Below are positions 27,744 through 37,824 of a stretch of 64,000 bases of DNA, one piece after another (positions within the stretch are counted from its first letter, which is position 1; each line of letters begins with the position of its first letter). The translations under genes were made by a program, and so were the position numbers. The notes beneath the pieces were generated by a model. That model ran no database searches. It was not told where the DNA came from and saw only the letters and a program-made list of their open reading frames with translations. Source of the DNA: Candidatus Poribacteria bacterium (lineage in GTDB: Bacteria > Poribacteria > WGA-4E > WGA-3G); assembly GCA_965205025.1 (NCBI GenBank), contig CBDBFU010000014.1, positions 196,041 to 260,040 of the forward strand. The letters are read 5' to 3'.

Positions 27744-28508
27744 CTACCAAGCAACCCAACCCCCATCAACAGCTATTGTCTGCCCTGTGACCCAATTGGC
27801 GGCATCTGATGCTAAGAACAGAACTGCACCGACAACTTCGTCTACTTCTCCAACCCTCCCCATTGGAATACGACGGACAACATCTTCGTAAAATTCTTTT
27901 CTTTGTAATAAGACATTTGCAAGGGGGGTACGTGTGAACGCGGGGGCAACTGCATTGACTGTTACATTATGTGGTGCCCATTCCACGGCAAGTCCTTTCG
28001 TTAATAATACCACACCACCTTTACTACCAGAATAAGCTGTACGTAAAGGACCTCCCACTAAACCCATAGTTGATGAGATATTTATTATTTTTCCACTTTC
28101 GCGTTCTATCATTGGTTTAACAAGAGTTTGTGTCAGGAAGAATAGACCTTTCATATTCAGATCATAGATTGCATCCCAATCTTCTTCTGTTAGTTCTAAT
28201 GCTGGTTTTGGACGGTTGGTACCAGCATTATTGACAAGTACATCAACTCTTCCCCAGATATTGATTGCAGCATGTGCACCATCAGATATAGATTTTAGAT
28301 CACTTACATCAAATACAACTGATTCTGCTTCTCCACCATTATCTTTTATCTCTGCAGCAACTTCGTCAAGATCAGATTGTGTCCTACTGTTTAAGATCAC
28401 TTTCGCACCCATTTGTGATGCTGCTAATGCTATTCCTTTACCTATTCCTTTACCAGAACCGGTAATCAGGATGACTTTATCTGTCAATTCAAATCCTGGA
28501 AATGCCAT
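27744..28508 (-). CDS. short-chain dehydrogenase/reductase (FabG-like)
   Basis: 'ITGSGKGIGKGIA' (TGxxxGIG), 'NNAG', and 'YSGSKGG' (YxxxK catalytic pair). Confidence 0.8.
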   Translation of the reverse strand: MAFPGFELTDKVILITGSGKGIGKGIALAASQMGAKVILNSRTQSDLDEVAAEIKDNGGEAESVVFDVSDLKSISDGAHAAINIWGRVDVLVNNAGTNRPKPALELTEEDWDAIYDLNMKGLFFLTQTLVKPMIERESGKIINISSTMGLVGGPLRTAYSGSKGGVVLLTKGLAVEWAPHNVTVNAVAPAFTRTPLANVLLQRKEFYEDVVRRIPMGRVGEVDEVVGAVLFLASDAANWVTGQTIAVDGGWVAW

Positions 28509-28709
28509 ACATTACTCTCCTATAAATGTAGATCCTTTTCTATAACTTTATATTCTAATTTTGAAAGAATTATAATTCACGCGAGTTCAATGAAAGAGAA
28601 ATGAGAAATTCAATTTCTGAACTCCTGCTATCACTGTGGACCGTGTTTAAATTATCTATCCTCAACTTACTTAATACTTTGTGGATATAAAATGAAGATT
28701 GCAGTTCCT

Positions 28710-29546
28710 CTAAGTTATTGCTAATTTTAGAGTGTTTTCTAATAACATTGCCCTAGTTAATGGTCCTACACCACCCGGTACAGGAGTAATAAACCCTGCA
28801 ACTTTTTGTACTTCATCAAATTTTACATCTCCTACAAGACGATCACTAATACTGTTAATACCTACATCAATGACAGTAGCATTTGGTTTTACCATATCTG
28901 CGGTGATAAATTCTGGCTTACCCACAGCGGCTATAAGGATATCTGCCTGTTTGGTTATCTCTGCTAAATTCATTGTCCGTGAATGGCAATAAGTCACCGT
29001 CGCATTCCTATTTAGTAGCATAATACCTATTGGTTTACCAACGAGATGACTTCTCCCTACACAAACTGCTTTTTTACCTTCAATCGGTAGACCCGTTAAC
29101 TCAATTAATCTAATAATACCTGTTGGAGTACAAGGAGTCACACCTTCACGATTAATAAATAGTTTGCCTAAATTAAGCGGGTTTAAGCCATCTGCGTCTT
29201 TTTCAGGAGGGATAGAATCAATAACAGTTTGCTCATCAATCTGTTCGGGTAGTGGCATTTGCACTAATAGTCCGTGTATGTTTTTTCGAGTACTTAAATC
29301 GGTTACTACCGTGATGAGTTCTTGTTGGGTAGTATTGGCTGGGAGATTGAGAACTTCAGAATGGAAATTAACCTTATCACAATCGCGTTGTTTGTGTTTT
29401 ATGTAGATCGTTGAAGCTGGATCCTCTCCAACTTGGATAACAGCGAGACCGGGAATTATGTTTAGTTTTTTAAGTTTCTTACGTATTTGGCTGCGGATAC
29501 TTTGAGCAAGACGAGTGCCATTTAATATTTCGGCTGACAATACCAT
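28710..29546 (-). CDS. folD: bifunctional methylenetetrahydrofolate dehydrogenase/cyclohydrolase
   Basis: 'PGLAVIQVGEDPASTIYIKHKQR', 'GRSHLVGKPIGIMLL', 'PVPGGVGPLT'. Confidence 0.9.
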   Translation of the reverse strand: MVLSAEILNGTRLAQSIRSQIRKKLKKLNIIPGLAVIQVGEDPASTIYIKHKQRDCDKVNFHSEVLNLPANTTQQELITVVTDLSTRKNIHGLLVQMPLPEQIDEQTVIDSIPPEKDADGLNPLNLGKLFINREGVTPCTPTGIIRLIELTGLPIEGKKAVCVGRSHLVGKPIGIMLLNRNATVTYCHSRTMNLAEITKQADILIAAVGKPEFITADMVKPNATVIDVGINSISDRLVGDVKFDEVQKVAGFITPVPGGVGPLTRAMLLENTLKLAIT

Positions 29547-29737
29547 TCCTCCGATGCACCTGTGAATATGTAAATGTCTTTAAAAAGTGATTAATCACAA
29601 CCCCTTTTAGTTCTTTACATTATACCAAATCAGTTTCGATTTGTCTATATATTGCTATTGATTTTAGCTATTGTCAACTTTGCCGGTCTCTCGATAGATC
29701 CTAATGTGTGAAATAATCAGATTTTGACATCCTCATA

Positions 29738-31714
29738 CTATTCAGAAGTGAGTCGTTTGATTCTGTCCTGTAGGAATTGGATTACTTGTTCAGCACTATG
29801 AATACCAAATGTTGATGCTTCGTCTAAGACTATCTGTATTAGAACATGATTATCTTCCAATGCTTTCTCAGCTTTACGGAAATACTCTATAGCTTTCTCT
29901 ATATCGTTGCTGTCCTGATACATGACTCCTAAGTAAATGTTTGCAGCAGCGAATCTGGGTGAATTGGGACGGTTTTTGATAAACCCTTCAAATGCATACC
30001 GAGCATCAGCGTAACGTTGGTCTTCATAATGTACTCTACCTATACGAAATTGTGCTCTATCAGCAAAACTATCATTATATCCACCAGGAAGATACAATTC
30101 ACGCTCTGGATAACCGATAGTCGTTTGATAGGCACGTAATGCTTCTTCATAACGTTGTAATCTTCGATAAATCTCCCCAACTTGATAGGTAGACATCATT
30201 GCCTGCAGTGTATTCTTATGTTGTTCTATCACAGTATTAAAAGTCTGAAGAGCTGTATTTGGTTTTTCAAGAACATCCGAATATATAACACCAATCCTGT
30301 AATATGCCTCAGCTGCATAAGTTGATTTTGGATTGTATTCAATTACCTTTCTATACCCATCTAATGCTTGCGAATAATCCAACAACTCACGTTCATAAAT
30401 CGTTGCAATTTGAAGCTGAGTTCTACTTTTTTCACCTATGTTTCGATTACTATCTGCAATATGTTCATTAAGCTTCTGTATAGTTGCCAGATGTTCATAG
30501 GATCGGAGTAACGAAGCAGCCTGTTTTGCATATTGGGTATCACGTTCATTGACAATTAAATCTCGTATAAGCGTTAATGCTTGATCATACTGACCATTAT
30601 CCCCATATCTATTGAGTCTATCGAATTTTTGTGAGGGGATCAGTTCTGTCAATGTATTTATCTTCTCTTGTAATAATTCATCCACTTCAGCAATACTTTT
30701 ATCGTACATGGCTACCTGTCCAAGATACATTGGATCAAGTGTAGGTAGGTATACGTGATGAAATATTTTATATGCATTTAATGCATTAGAATACTCTTGT
30801 AGTTCTTCATAACAAATACCTAATGAATAAAAGACTGCATGCATATTCCAGAAGTTCGGGTAATTGTCTACGATTGAATTGTATACTATTAATGCTTGTT
30901 TAAATTGTTTAGCATCTCTATGTAGATTCCCAATATGAAATAGACCTTCGGCAGCAAAATTACTTGTAGGATAATTCTGTGCGACTTTATGGTATTCAGA
31001 AATTGCCTGAGATAACTGATGTAAAGTTGTATGTCTTATATGAGCAATACGCCATTGAGCTTCAGCAGCTAATTTATCGTTTGGATGTTTTTCAAGTAAT
31101 TCTTGATATGTTTCAATAGCTTTTTCAGGTTGATTCAGTTGTGATTGTGTCCGATAAAGTTCTGCGATTTGAAAGAGAGCTACTACATGTATTGGTGTAC
31201 CTTTATATGTACGTAAAATCTCTCTTTGTATCATAAGATCTTTTAATGCCATGCGTATATCTCGGATTCGTTGTTGTCCGAGTTGATGAACAAACTGTGT
31301 ACTTGGAACCATATCAATCAGTGTACGAAAACTTGAAATAGCAAAATCATACTTACCCATCCGACTATATACATCACCTATCTTTATATATGCAAGAAGA
31401 ATCTCAGCGGTTGGTAAACCATCTGCTTCCATTTCAAGAATTGCTTTATATACATTAATAGCCTTAGGATATTGTTGTGTATAATTATAGTACAACTCTC
31501 CAAGTTGGTTGTAATATTGACTTCGTAATTCAACATTATTTGATTTCTCAACAAGTGTTTCTAACATTCTGATAGCATCTGTATACCTCTGCTGCTGAAT
31601 TAAATCCTTCACTTCCTCATTTTGGGCATTTGTTGGAGTTACAATGGAAATTTGCAGCACAAGAATACTGATTACATAAAAAAAATAGTTTGATATACTA
31701 TTTATCTTTTTCAC
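29738..31714 (-). CDS. secreted TPR-repeat protein
   Basis: 658 aa; signal 'ISILVLQISIVTPTNAQ'; numerous TPR units ('AEAQWRIAHI', 'AEGLFHIGNL', 'AEAYYRIGVIY'). Confidence 0.6.
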   Translation of the reverse strand: MKKINSISNYFFYVISILVLQISIVTPTNAQNEEVKDLIQQQRYTDAIRMLETLVEKSNNVELRSQYYNQLGELYYNYTQQYPKAINVYKAILEMEADGLPTAEILLAYIKIGDVYSRMGKYDFAISSFRTLIDMVPSTQFVHQLGQQRIRDIRMALKDLMIQREILRTYKGTPIHVVALFQIAELYRTQSQLNQPEKAIETYQELLEKHPNDKLAAEAQWRIAHIRHTTLHQLSQAISEYHKVAQNYPTSNFAAEGLFHIGNLHRDAKQFKQALIVYNSIVDNYPNFWNMHAVFYSLGICYEELQEYSNALNAYKIFHHVYLPTLDPMYLGQVAMYDKSIAEVDELLQEKINTLTELIPSQKFDRLNRYGDNGQYDQALTLIRDLIVNERDTQYAKQAASLLRSYEHLATIQKLNEHIADSNRNIGEKSRTQLQIATIYERELLDYSQALDGYRKVIEYNPKSTYAAEAYYRIGVIYSDVLEKPNTALQTFNTVIEQHKNTLQAMMSTYQVGEIYRRLQRYEEALRAYQTTIGYPERELYLPGGYNDSFADRAQFRIGRVHYEDQRYADARYAFEGFIKNRPNSPRFAAANIYLGVMYQDSNDIEKAIEYFRKAEKALEDNHVLIQIVLDEASTFGIHSAEQVIQFLQDRIKRLTSE

Positions 31715-31783
31715 AATAATACCTTGTTTCAGATGCCTTGTTTCAGATGCCTTGTTTCAGATGATTGTGTAGGATGGTATCAA

Positions 31784-32401
31784 TCAGAGTTCAGAATTAA
31801 CACTCTTGAGATGTTGATGTGCAACAATTGCCCAATCAGTGCCTTGTGCTTGATCTTTAACTCGATTCAGTTGACTAACTCTATCCCATTTATCGGAATT
31901 TCGTAGGTGTCGATTGCGGAGTACATCTTCCATATTGCGTTGTATCTCCTGATGCCTATACTCTTGTATCTTCAGATGTGCAGAATCAGTTACATTCTCT
32001 TCATAGGTTGACACATATTGAAAGGGATCAGTTAAAAGAAATGTAATTCCAATCACAGCAACAATAAACAGAGAAAATACTGCTGCTTTTTGTTGATATA
32101 TCAGAGTTAGTAGATTCGATACTCGTGCTGCTAAGTTTGAATGTTTTGTAGGTATAACTGTATTCTCAGCAGCGATGCGTTTGTAGAGTTTTGTCTGAAG
32201 GTTTTTTGGCATGCTAAGATTATGAGCGTAAACACCTTCAGCGTCATCAACAAGTTGAAGCACACGTTTATAGGAATTGACCATTCTTGTGCATTTATTA
32301 CAAGTCATTAAATGTACCTTATAATTATCCATTTTAGATGGATCAAATTCACCAAATACATAGTCAATAGCATGCGCCTCAGACATATTACATTTGGGCA
32401 T
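31784..32401 (-). CDS. zinc-finger (HxxxCxxC) anti-sigma factor with a single TM helix
   Basis: 'HLMTCNKCTRMV' ZAS-like motif near the N-terminus; TM 'AAVFSLFIVAVIGITFLL'; immediately downstream of, and co-directional with, the ECF sigma gene. Confidence 0.6.
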   Translation of the reverse strand: MPKCNMSEAHAIDYVFGEFDPSKMDNYKVHLMTCNKCTRMVNSYKRVLQLVDDAEGVYAHNLSMPKNLQTKLYKRIAAENTVIPTKHSNLAARVSNLLTLIYQQKAAVFSLFIVAVIGITFLLTDPFQYVSTYEENVTDSAHLKIQEYRHQEIQRNMEDVLRNRHLRNSDKWDRVSQLNRVKDQAQGTDWAIVAHQHLKSVNSEL

Positions 32402-32412
32402 ATAATTACCTC

Positions 32413-33006
32413 CTATATTTCATTGTTTTCCATTAATGGTCTTAATAGAGTCTGTAATTTCTTCATTGCACGGTGTAAATGAATTTTAACTGTTCCTTCC
32501 GCCATACCTAAAGTTTCTGCTACTTCTCTAATTGGTAAACCTTCATATCGAGTTAGCATAAATACTTCTTTTTGCTTTGATGAGAGTTCGTCCACAGCTT
32601 CACGAATAATACGTCCACGTTCAATATCTTCAACTTGTTTTTCGGGATTACTTGATAAATCTGTTGCTACGAGTTTTGTTTCTAATACCTCTTCATCTTC
32701 CAACACATAGACTGGATGTCGAGACTTAGACCTATGATAATCAATTGAAAGATTTGATGCAATGGTATATAACCAAGTTGAGAATTTTGCTTTCGGTTCC
32801 CATGAAGATAAAGCACGATAAGCTTTAAAAAAGACTTCAAGTGTTAGTTCTTCGGCATCTTCATAATTTCTTACTGATCGTAGGAGATAACCAAAGATTT
32901 TACGTTCATAACGTTTCATCAATTCATCAAATGCTCTTTGGCTTCCTGATTGGAATTGTTTAACGAGTATTTCATCATCTATTAATTTGTCCATATTATG
33001 TGCCAA
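32413..33006 (-). CDS. ECF (sigma-70 family group 4) RNA polymerase sigma factor
   Basis: Region 2 'FSTWLYTIASNLSIDYHR'; region 4 'FMLTRYEGLPIREVAETLGMAEGTVKIHLHRAMKKL'; 197 aa. Confidence 0.85.
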   Translation of the reverse strand: MAHNMDKLIDDEILVKQFQSGSQRAFDELMKRYERKIFGYLLRSVRNYEDAEELTLEVFFKAYRALSSWEPKAKFSTWLYTIASNLSIDYHRSKSRHPVYVLEDEEVLETKLVATDLSSNPEKQVEDIERGRIIREAVDELSSKQKEVFMLTRYEGLPIREVAETLGMAEGTVKIHLHRAMKKLQTLLRPLMENNEI

Positions 33007-33226
33007 TCTTTCGTTTTGATTCCATCATCATATTCATTTAACGGATAAGGGAATAATTAAGTTTACAGTATTTCCTTTTCATAAAGTAATTCTAAATTGG
33101 CAATTTGTGCTTCGATTTCAAGTATGGGTATAAATACATTAAAAACTGAAACATAATTAATTGTGTGGAAATATATTTGTAGTTTGGATAAAATAAAATT
33201 AGATGATTTTATTCGGAGGTATTAAG

Positions 33227-34258
33227 GTGGCAACTACACATAAAAATCCTCAAGGATCACCGTTAGTAATTCCTGCATCGGAAACCGCAGAAAATATGGT
33301 GAAAGTAGCAGTGGATTTTTTGGATGGATTACCAACAGAATTACGAGAGAAAGCATCTGAACCGTTTGACGGTAATGAAAGATTCCGTTGGCATTACATT
33401 CCTATTGAAATGTGGGAACGTCAAGGTGTATCATTACAGGAGTTGGATAGTAAACAAAAGGAATTAGCTTTTGCACTTATGGAAAGCGGTTTGAGTGCAA
33501 AAGGATATGAAAAAGCTCAAGCAATTATTAATTTAGAAACAACACTTGGTGAGATAGAAAAAGCGTCAGGAGATGGGAAACTTGAACGAAATCCTGAATA
33601 CTATTTTTTTACAATCTTTGGTGATCCAACTGGAAATGGGGCATGGGGATGGCGTACAGAAGGACACCATATTTCATTGAATTTTACAATTGTCAATCGA
33701 GAGCTTATTTCACCGAATCCTTTTTTCTTTGGGTCTAATCCTGCAGAAGTTCTACAAGGTGATAAAAAAGGACTACGAGTTCTCTTAGCTGAAGAAGATC
33801 TCGCACGTCAACTTCTCACAAGTTTTACACCGTACCAAAAGACTAATGCAGTTATAGATACGGAGGCACCATCAGATATACTCACAAGGAATGCTCCGAA
33901 AGTAGAGTTTGATGCTGTAGAGGGATTAGCTGTAGAAACAATGGAAACACATCAACGGGAACTGTTGATGCAGCTTCTTAATGAGTATATTGATAGGCTT
34001 CCTGATGAGATGGCTGAGATTGAACGACGAAAATTACGTGAAGGGAGTTTCAACGATATTCACTTTGCATGGGCTGGTGGAGAGGAAAGAAGAATGCCAC
34101 ATTATTATCGATTACATAGTCCATTCTTCTTCGTGGAATATGATAACACACAGAATGATGCCAATCATATCCACTCAGTATGGCGTCATATTGAAGATGA
34201 TTTTGGTGGGGATTTGCTTCGATTACACTACCATAAATCTAAACATCATAGTCATTAG
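33227..34258 (+). CDS. conserved hypothetical protein (possibly DUF3500-like)
   Basis: Track ORF 33203..34258; GTG 33227 follows GGAGG at 7 nt. Motifs 'WHYIPIEMWERQG' and 'WGWRTEGHHISLNF'. The family assignment is a recollection, not verified. Confidence 0.4.
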   Translation: MATTHKNPQGSPLVIPASETAENMVKVAVDFLDGLPTELREKASEPFDGNERFRWHYIPIEMWERQGVSLQELDSKQKELAFALMESGLSAKGYEKAQAIINLETTLGEIEKASGDGKLERNPEYYFFTIFGDPTGNGAWGWRTEGHHISLNFTIVNRELISPNPFFFGSNPAEVLQGDKKGLRVLLAEEDLARQLLTSFTPYQKTNAVIDTEAPSDILTRNAPKVEFDAVEGLAVETMETHQRELLMQLLNEYIDRLPDEMAEIERRKLREGSFNDIHFAWAGGEERRMPHYYRLHSPFFFVEYDNTQNDANHIHSVWRHIEDDFGGDLLRLHYHKSKHHSH

Positions 34259-34272
34259 TATTGACAAAAAAC

Positions 34273-34303
34273 AAAAAAGCCACCAAAAAGGTGGCTTTTT
34301 TGT
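34273..34303. terminator. bidirectional rho-independent terminator
   Basis: AAAAAAGCCACC-AAAAA-GGTGGCTTTTTT: perfect stem flanked by an A-run and a T-run, between convergent genes. Confidence 0.8.
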
Positions 34304-34328
34304 TTGTCATCTATATTCTATACAAAGA

Positions 34329-35186
34329 TTATTTAACGGATTTAATTGTACTCCAGGTAGTGGCTAATTTACCTGCGGGTTCAACTGGGGTAGGAGTGTT
34401 TGAGCTAAGCACAACGAGTCCAGTCTTTTCAGGATTTTTCCCATAGACAACAGCATGGGGGTACCAACCATCCCATCCCTTTTGTCCAGTTTGTCCGCCA
34501 CCCTTATCACCATCATTAACACAAATACCTAATCCAATTTCAAGTCCTGCAGTAAGTGAAATTGAAAGTCCAAAATTTGCAGGTGTGAATTTGAACTCAT
34601 AATATGTCTTCTTAGCGCCTTCATCTCTGACAATAGCAACATCATCTGCTTCGAGTCCAGGAGCACCATTGGTTCTTTCATTCTGTAGAAGGATATCTCC
34701 GTTATCATGTAGTCCAACGTTATAAAGAAAGAATGGTTGTCCACCAGCACGATTCCCACTCGGAACAACAGATAGTTGAGCACCATCACCATTCCAAGCA
34801 GCACCCGCAGCATGTTCATGTTCGTCATCTGTGACGCTTAGTGCCAGATATACTGCATCCGGATTCCAAGCAATCATGAAACATGTTGTATGATCATCAG
34901 CATCATTCCAAACACCTGTTTGGTATGTTTCAAATGTCTTTATGACACCACCGTTAGCTTCGAATTCAAGACCACAAAACGGAGAACCATCGGTACCAGT
35001 GACAGCGTCCATGACACCATCCCATTCATCAAGTTTACCGTCAATGGTCACATCTAATCCAGTAACAGCATTGTATACATCATGAGTTTCACTACGCCAT
35101 TGCGCATCTGCTATGTTTAATGTAAACAGGACTACGAAAATAGTAGTCATAATAAAAACGTATTTTTTCATAAAAGATTTCCTCAA
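34329..35186 (-). CDS. secreted CBM9/DOMON-like carbohydrate-binding-type protein, paralog 1 (C-terminal motif KLATTWSTIKSVK)
   Basis: Signal peptide MKKYVFIMTTIFVVLFTLNIADA; 'IDGKLDEWDG' (CBM9-like DGxLDExxW), 'DDEHEHAAGAAWNGDGAQL', 'GLGICVNDGDKGGGQ'. About 55% identical to the adjacent paralog. Confidence 0.55.
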   Translation of the reverse strand: MRKSFMKKYVFIMTTIFVVLFTLNIADAQWRSETHDVYNAVTGLDVTIDGKLDEWDGVMDAVTGTDGSPFCGLEFEANGGVIKTFETYQTGVWNDADDHTTCFMIAWNPDAVYLALSVTDDEHEHAAGAAWNGDGAQLSVVPSGNRAGGQPFFLYNVGLHDNGDILLQNERTNGAPGLEADDVAIVRDEGAKKTYYEFKFTPANFGLSISLTAGLEIGLGICVNDGDKGGGQTGQKGWDGWYPHAVVYGKNPEKTGLVVLSSNTPTPVEPAGKLATTWSTIKSVK

Positions 35187-35337
35187 TACAGAATTGACCT
35201 TAGGTCGTTATTTTGGTTAGTAGATTTGAAATTACATTATTAATATTCATTATGATATTTCTTCTTATGAAAGAATATCATCGTTTATTTATAGTAAATA
35301 AGTATTAGGCTTACTAATACTTATTTCAGACTAATAC

Positions 35338-36222
35338 TTATTTCAGGGATTTTATATTACCCCATGTGGTTGTTATTTTATTTATAGGATCAACGGCGAG
35401 GGTTTCATCTGTGAGAATTACCAAACCAGTTTTATCTGGATTTTTCCCATGGACAATAGAATGTGGATACCAACCTGACCAACCTTTTTGCCCACCTTGT
35501 CCAGCTGCTTTATCTCCATCGTTAACACATATTCCAAGTCCAAATTGTAACCCTTCTTTAAATGGATCTTTATACCCTAAATTATCTGGTGAAATTCTAA
35601 ATTCATAGTATGTCTTCTTTTTTACTTCATCACGTACAATTACAACATCTTCACCTCCAACAAGACCGGGATTCCCACGGGTTGTTTCATTTTGGAGTAA
35701 TAGGTTTTTGGCATCATCAGACAATCCAGCATTATAGAGTATATCGGTTCTGGCAGGTTGACGTTTCCCAGTAGGTTCAAAAGCGAGTTGTGCACCATCA
35801 CCATTCCATGCTGCTCCTGCTGCATGTTCATGTTCATCATCGGTGACATCCAAAGCAAGATAGACATACTCTGGGGTCCAAAGAATCATAAAACATGTTT
35901 CATGGTCGTCCGGACCTTTCCAATTTCCACCACCGTGTGCTTCAAAAACACCTTGTTCATTTTTAATGCCGCAGAAAGGTTTTCCATCAGTTCCTTTAAC
36001 TGCATCTAAAACACCATCCCAATCATCAAGATTTCCATCTATTTTTATGTCGGTGTCTGCTTGAAGAGCATTATATTTGTCATGTGTTGCATGCCGCCAT
36101 TGAGCATTTACTGATACACTTGTTATGAAAAATAATAGAATTATTATGTATGTAGACTTTCTCATTTCTTTATCTCCTATTTCAGATATATCTTTAAATA
36201 TATATAAGTATAACCTAAACAA
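35338..36222 (-). CDS. secreted CBM9/DOMON-like protein, paralog 2 (C-terminal motif KITTTWGNIKSLK)
   Basis: Signal 'IIILLFFITSVSVNA'; the same conserved blocks as 34329..35186 ('IDGNLDDWDG', 'DDEHEHAAGAAWNGDGAQL', 'GLGICVNDGDKAAGQ'). Confidence 0.55.
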   Translation of the reverse strand: MFRLYLYIFKDISEIGDKEMRKSTYIIILLFFITSVSVNAQWRHATHDKYNALQADTDIKIDGNLDDWDGVLDAVKGTDGKPFCGIKNEQGVFEAHGGGNWKGPDDHETCFMILWTPEYVYLALDVTDDEHEHAAGAAWNGDGAQLAFEPTGKRQPARTDILYNAGLSDDAKNLLLQNETTRGNPGLVGGEDVVIVRDEVKKKTYYEFRISPDNLGYKDPFKEGLQFGLGICVNDGDKAAGQGGQKGWSGWYPHSIVHGKNPDKTGLVILTDETLAVDPINKITTTWGNIKSLK

Positions 36223-36272
36223 AACCTAATAATTAAACGATTTTAACAGTGATTTATTTATTGAAAGTACTG

Positions 36273-37802
36273 TTAACGGTCTTCAAATGATCCAGCACCC
36301 TTGTCTCCACCTAAACAAAAGACATACCGTCCACTTGAACCAATGTATAGATTGCCATTAGCAATTACGGGTGAAGAAATGAACTTTAATCCATTTGAAA
36401 CAGAATTAGCATCATATATCCACTCAATGTCACCATCAGATAGATCCAGTGAGAATATTCTCCCGTCATAAGTTGCAGCGTAAACTGATTGTTCTGTTAC
36501 GGCTGGGGATGAAGCTACAACGGCATTTAGATCCACACTCCAATTTAATTCTCCATCTAAAGCACTGAGATTATAAACATGTCCATCTTTGGAACCAAAT
36601 ATCACCTGTTCGTTTTTAACGCAAATTGCTGACATCACAGCATCCCCAACTTCATATTCCCAAACTTTTTTACCGGTTTCCATATTTAATGCAATTACAC
36701 TACCTTTTGGAATTGGTGCACTTTCTGAAAAATTACCTCTACCGAGTCCAAAATAGATAATGTTGTCATAAGAACTTGGGCTACCCCAAACAGGATAGGC
36801 AGTGGGTGTAGACCAGATTTCCTTCCCCGTCATAGCATCTAAGGCATAGGTACGATATTCACCATAACCTGTACCAAAATAGACCTTCCCATCTTTAACT
36901 ATCGGTGCCATATCTGCATGAACAGCAGGAAAATGCCAAATCTCTTCACCTGCCAGAGCATCTAAACAATACACACCATCTCCACCAGCCGTAAAATAAA
37001 GTCTCCCTTGAATAATATATGGTGTGGATTCTACGTGACTTGCTGTCTTAAAACTCCAAATGGGATCACCTGTATTAGCATCAAGACAGCGGAGTCTACA
37101 CCCAGTATCATAGTGATAGCCTTCACCAATATATACCCGTCCTGCAACAACTGCTGGAGATGATATGATAGGGATATCAGAATCATGTTGCCAAATCAAC
37201 TTATTCGTTTCTATATCAATACAGTAAGTAGCACCGCTAACAGATAAGATCGCTCCATGTGTCGCACCTATAAATAGACGATTCCCAACTATTGCAGGTG
37301 ATGATGAGAGTTCTACTGCCATAGCTTCTTTGGATTTAAATATCCAATTAATGTTATTCGTTAAGGGACCAGGTAGATCGTCTAAATGTCCTGTACGATT
37401 AGCATTACCTCTAAATGTTGGCCAGGATTGTGTGTTGGTTACTAATTCTGTTTTCGATTTCTCAGGTTCTACTGTTATAGGGGGAGTTGGCTTGACATTC
37501 CTACCTACAAGTTGAAAGGTTAACACAGCTAAAATAACTAAAACTAAGATACTAATTAGTGAACCTATTTTGTTGGCGAAAACAAAATTACGTAGTCTAT
37601 AGAATAACATCTTTGTCGTATCACGTGCAAAAACAAGACTGGTTACGACAGCGATTCCAACAAAAGCAAGAATTTGAGGTATTATACTAAGTAGTGCAGA
37701 AAGAGGACCCAGTAGCTGGGGAATGACTGCATAAGCAGATGCTGTAAAACAGAAGAAAACTGAAACGATTATCAAAGGTATAAGTATTCTAATTCTGTTC
37801 AT
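36273..37802 (-). CDS. membrane-anchored PQQ-like beta-propeller repeat protein
   Basis: 2-3 N-terminal TM helices, then repeated 'G.(L/V)Y(F/I)G...G..Y(C/A)(L/I)D' units typical of PQQ/BamB-type propellers. Confidence 0.6.
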   Translation of the reverse strand: MNRIRILIPLIIVSVFFCFTASAYAVIPQLLGPLSALLSIIPQILAFVGIAVVTSLVFARDTTKMLFYRLRNFVFANKIGSLISILVLVILAVLTFQLVGRNVKPTPPITVEPEKSKTELVTNTQSWPTFRGNANRTGHLDDLPGPLTNNINWIFKSKEAMAVELSSSPAIVGNRLFIGATHGAILSVSGATYCIDIETNKLIWQHDSDIPIISSPAVVAGRVYIGEGYHYDTGCRLRCLDANTGDPIWSFKTASHVESTPYIIQGRLYFTAGGDGVYCLDALAGEEIWHFPAVHADMAPIVKDGKVYFGTGYGEYRTYALDAMTGKEIWSTPTAYPVWGSPSSYDNIIYFGLGRGNFSESAPIPKGSVIALNMETGKKVWEYEVGDAVMSAICVKNEQVIFGSKDGHVYNLSALDGELNWSVDLNAVVASSPAVTEQSVYAATYDGRIFSLDLSDGDIEWIYDANSVSNGLKFISSPVIANGNLYIGSSGRYVFCLGGDKGAGSFEDR

Positions 37803-37824
37803 TATTAGATCCCTCGTTATAATG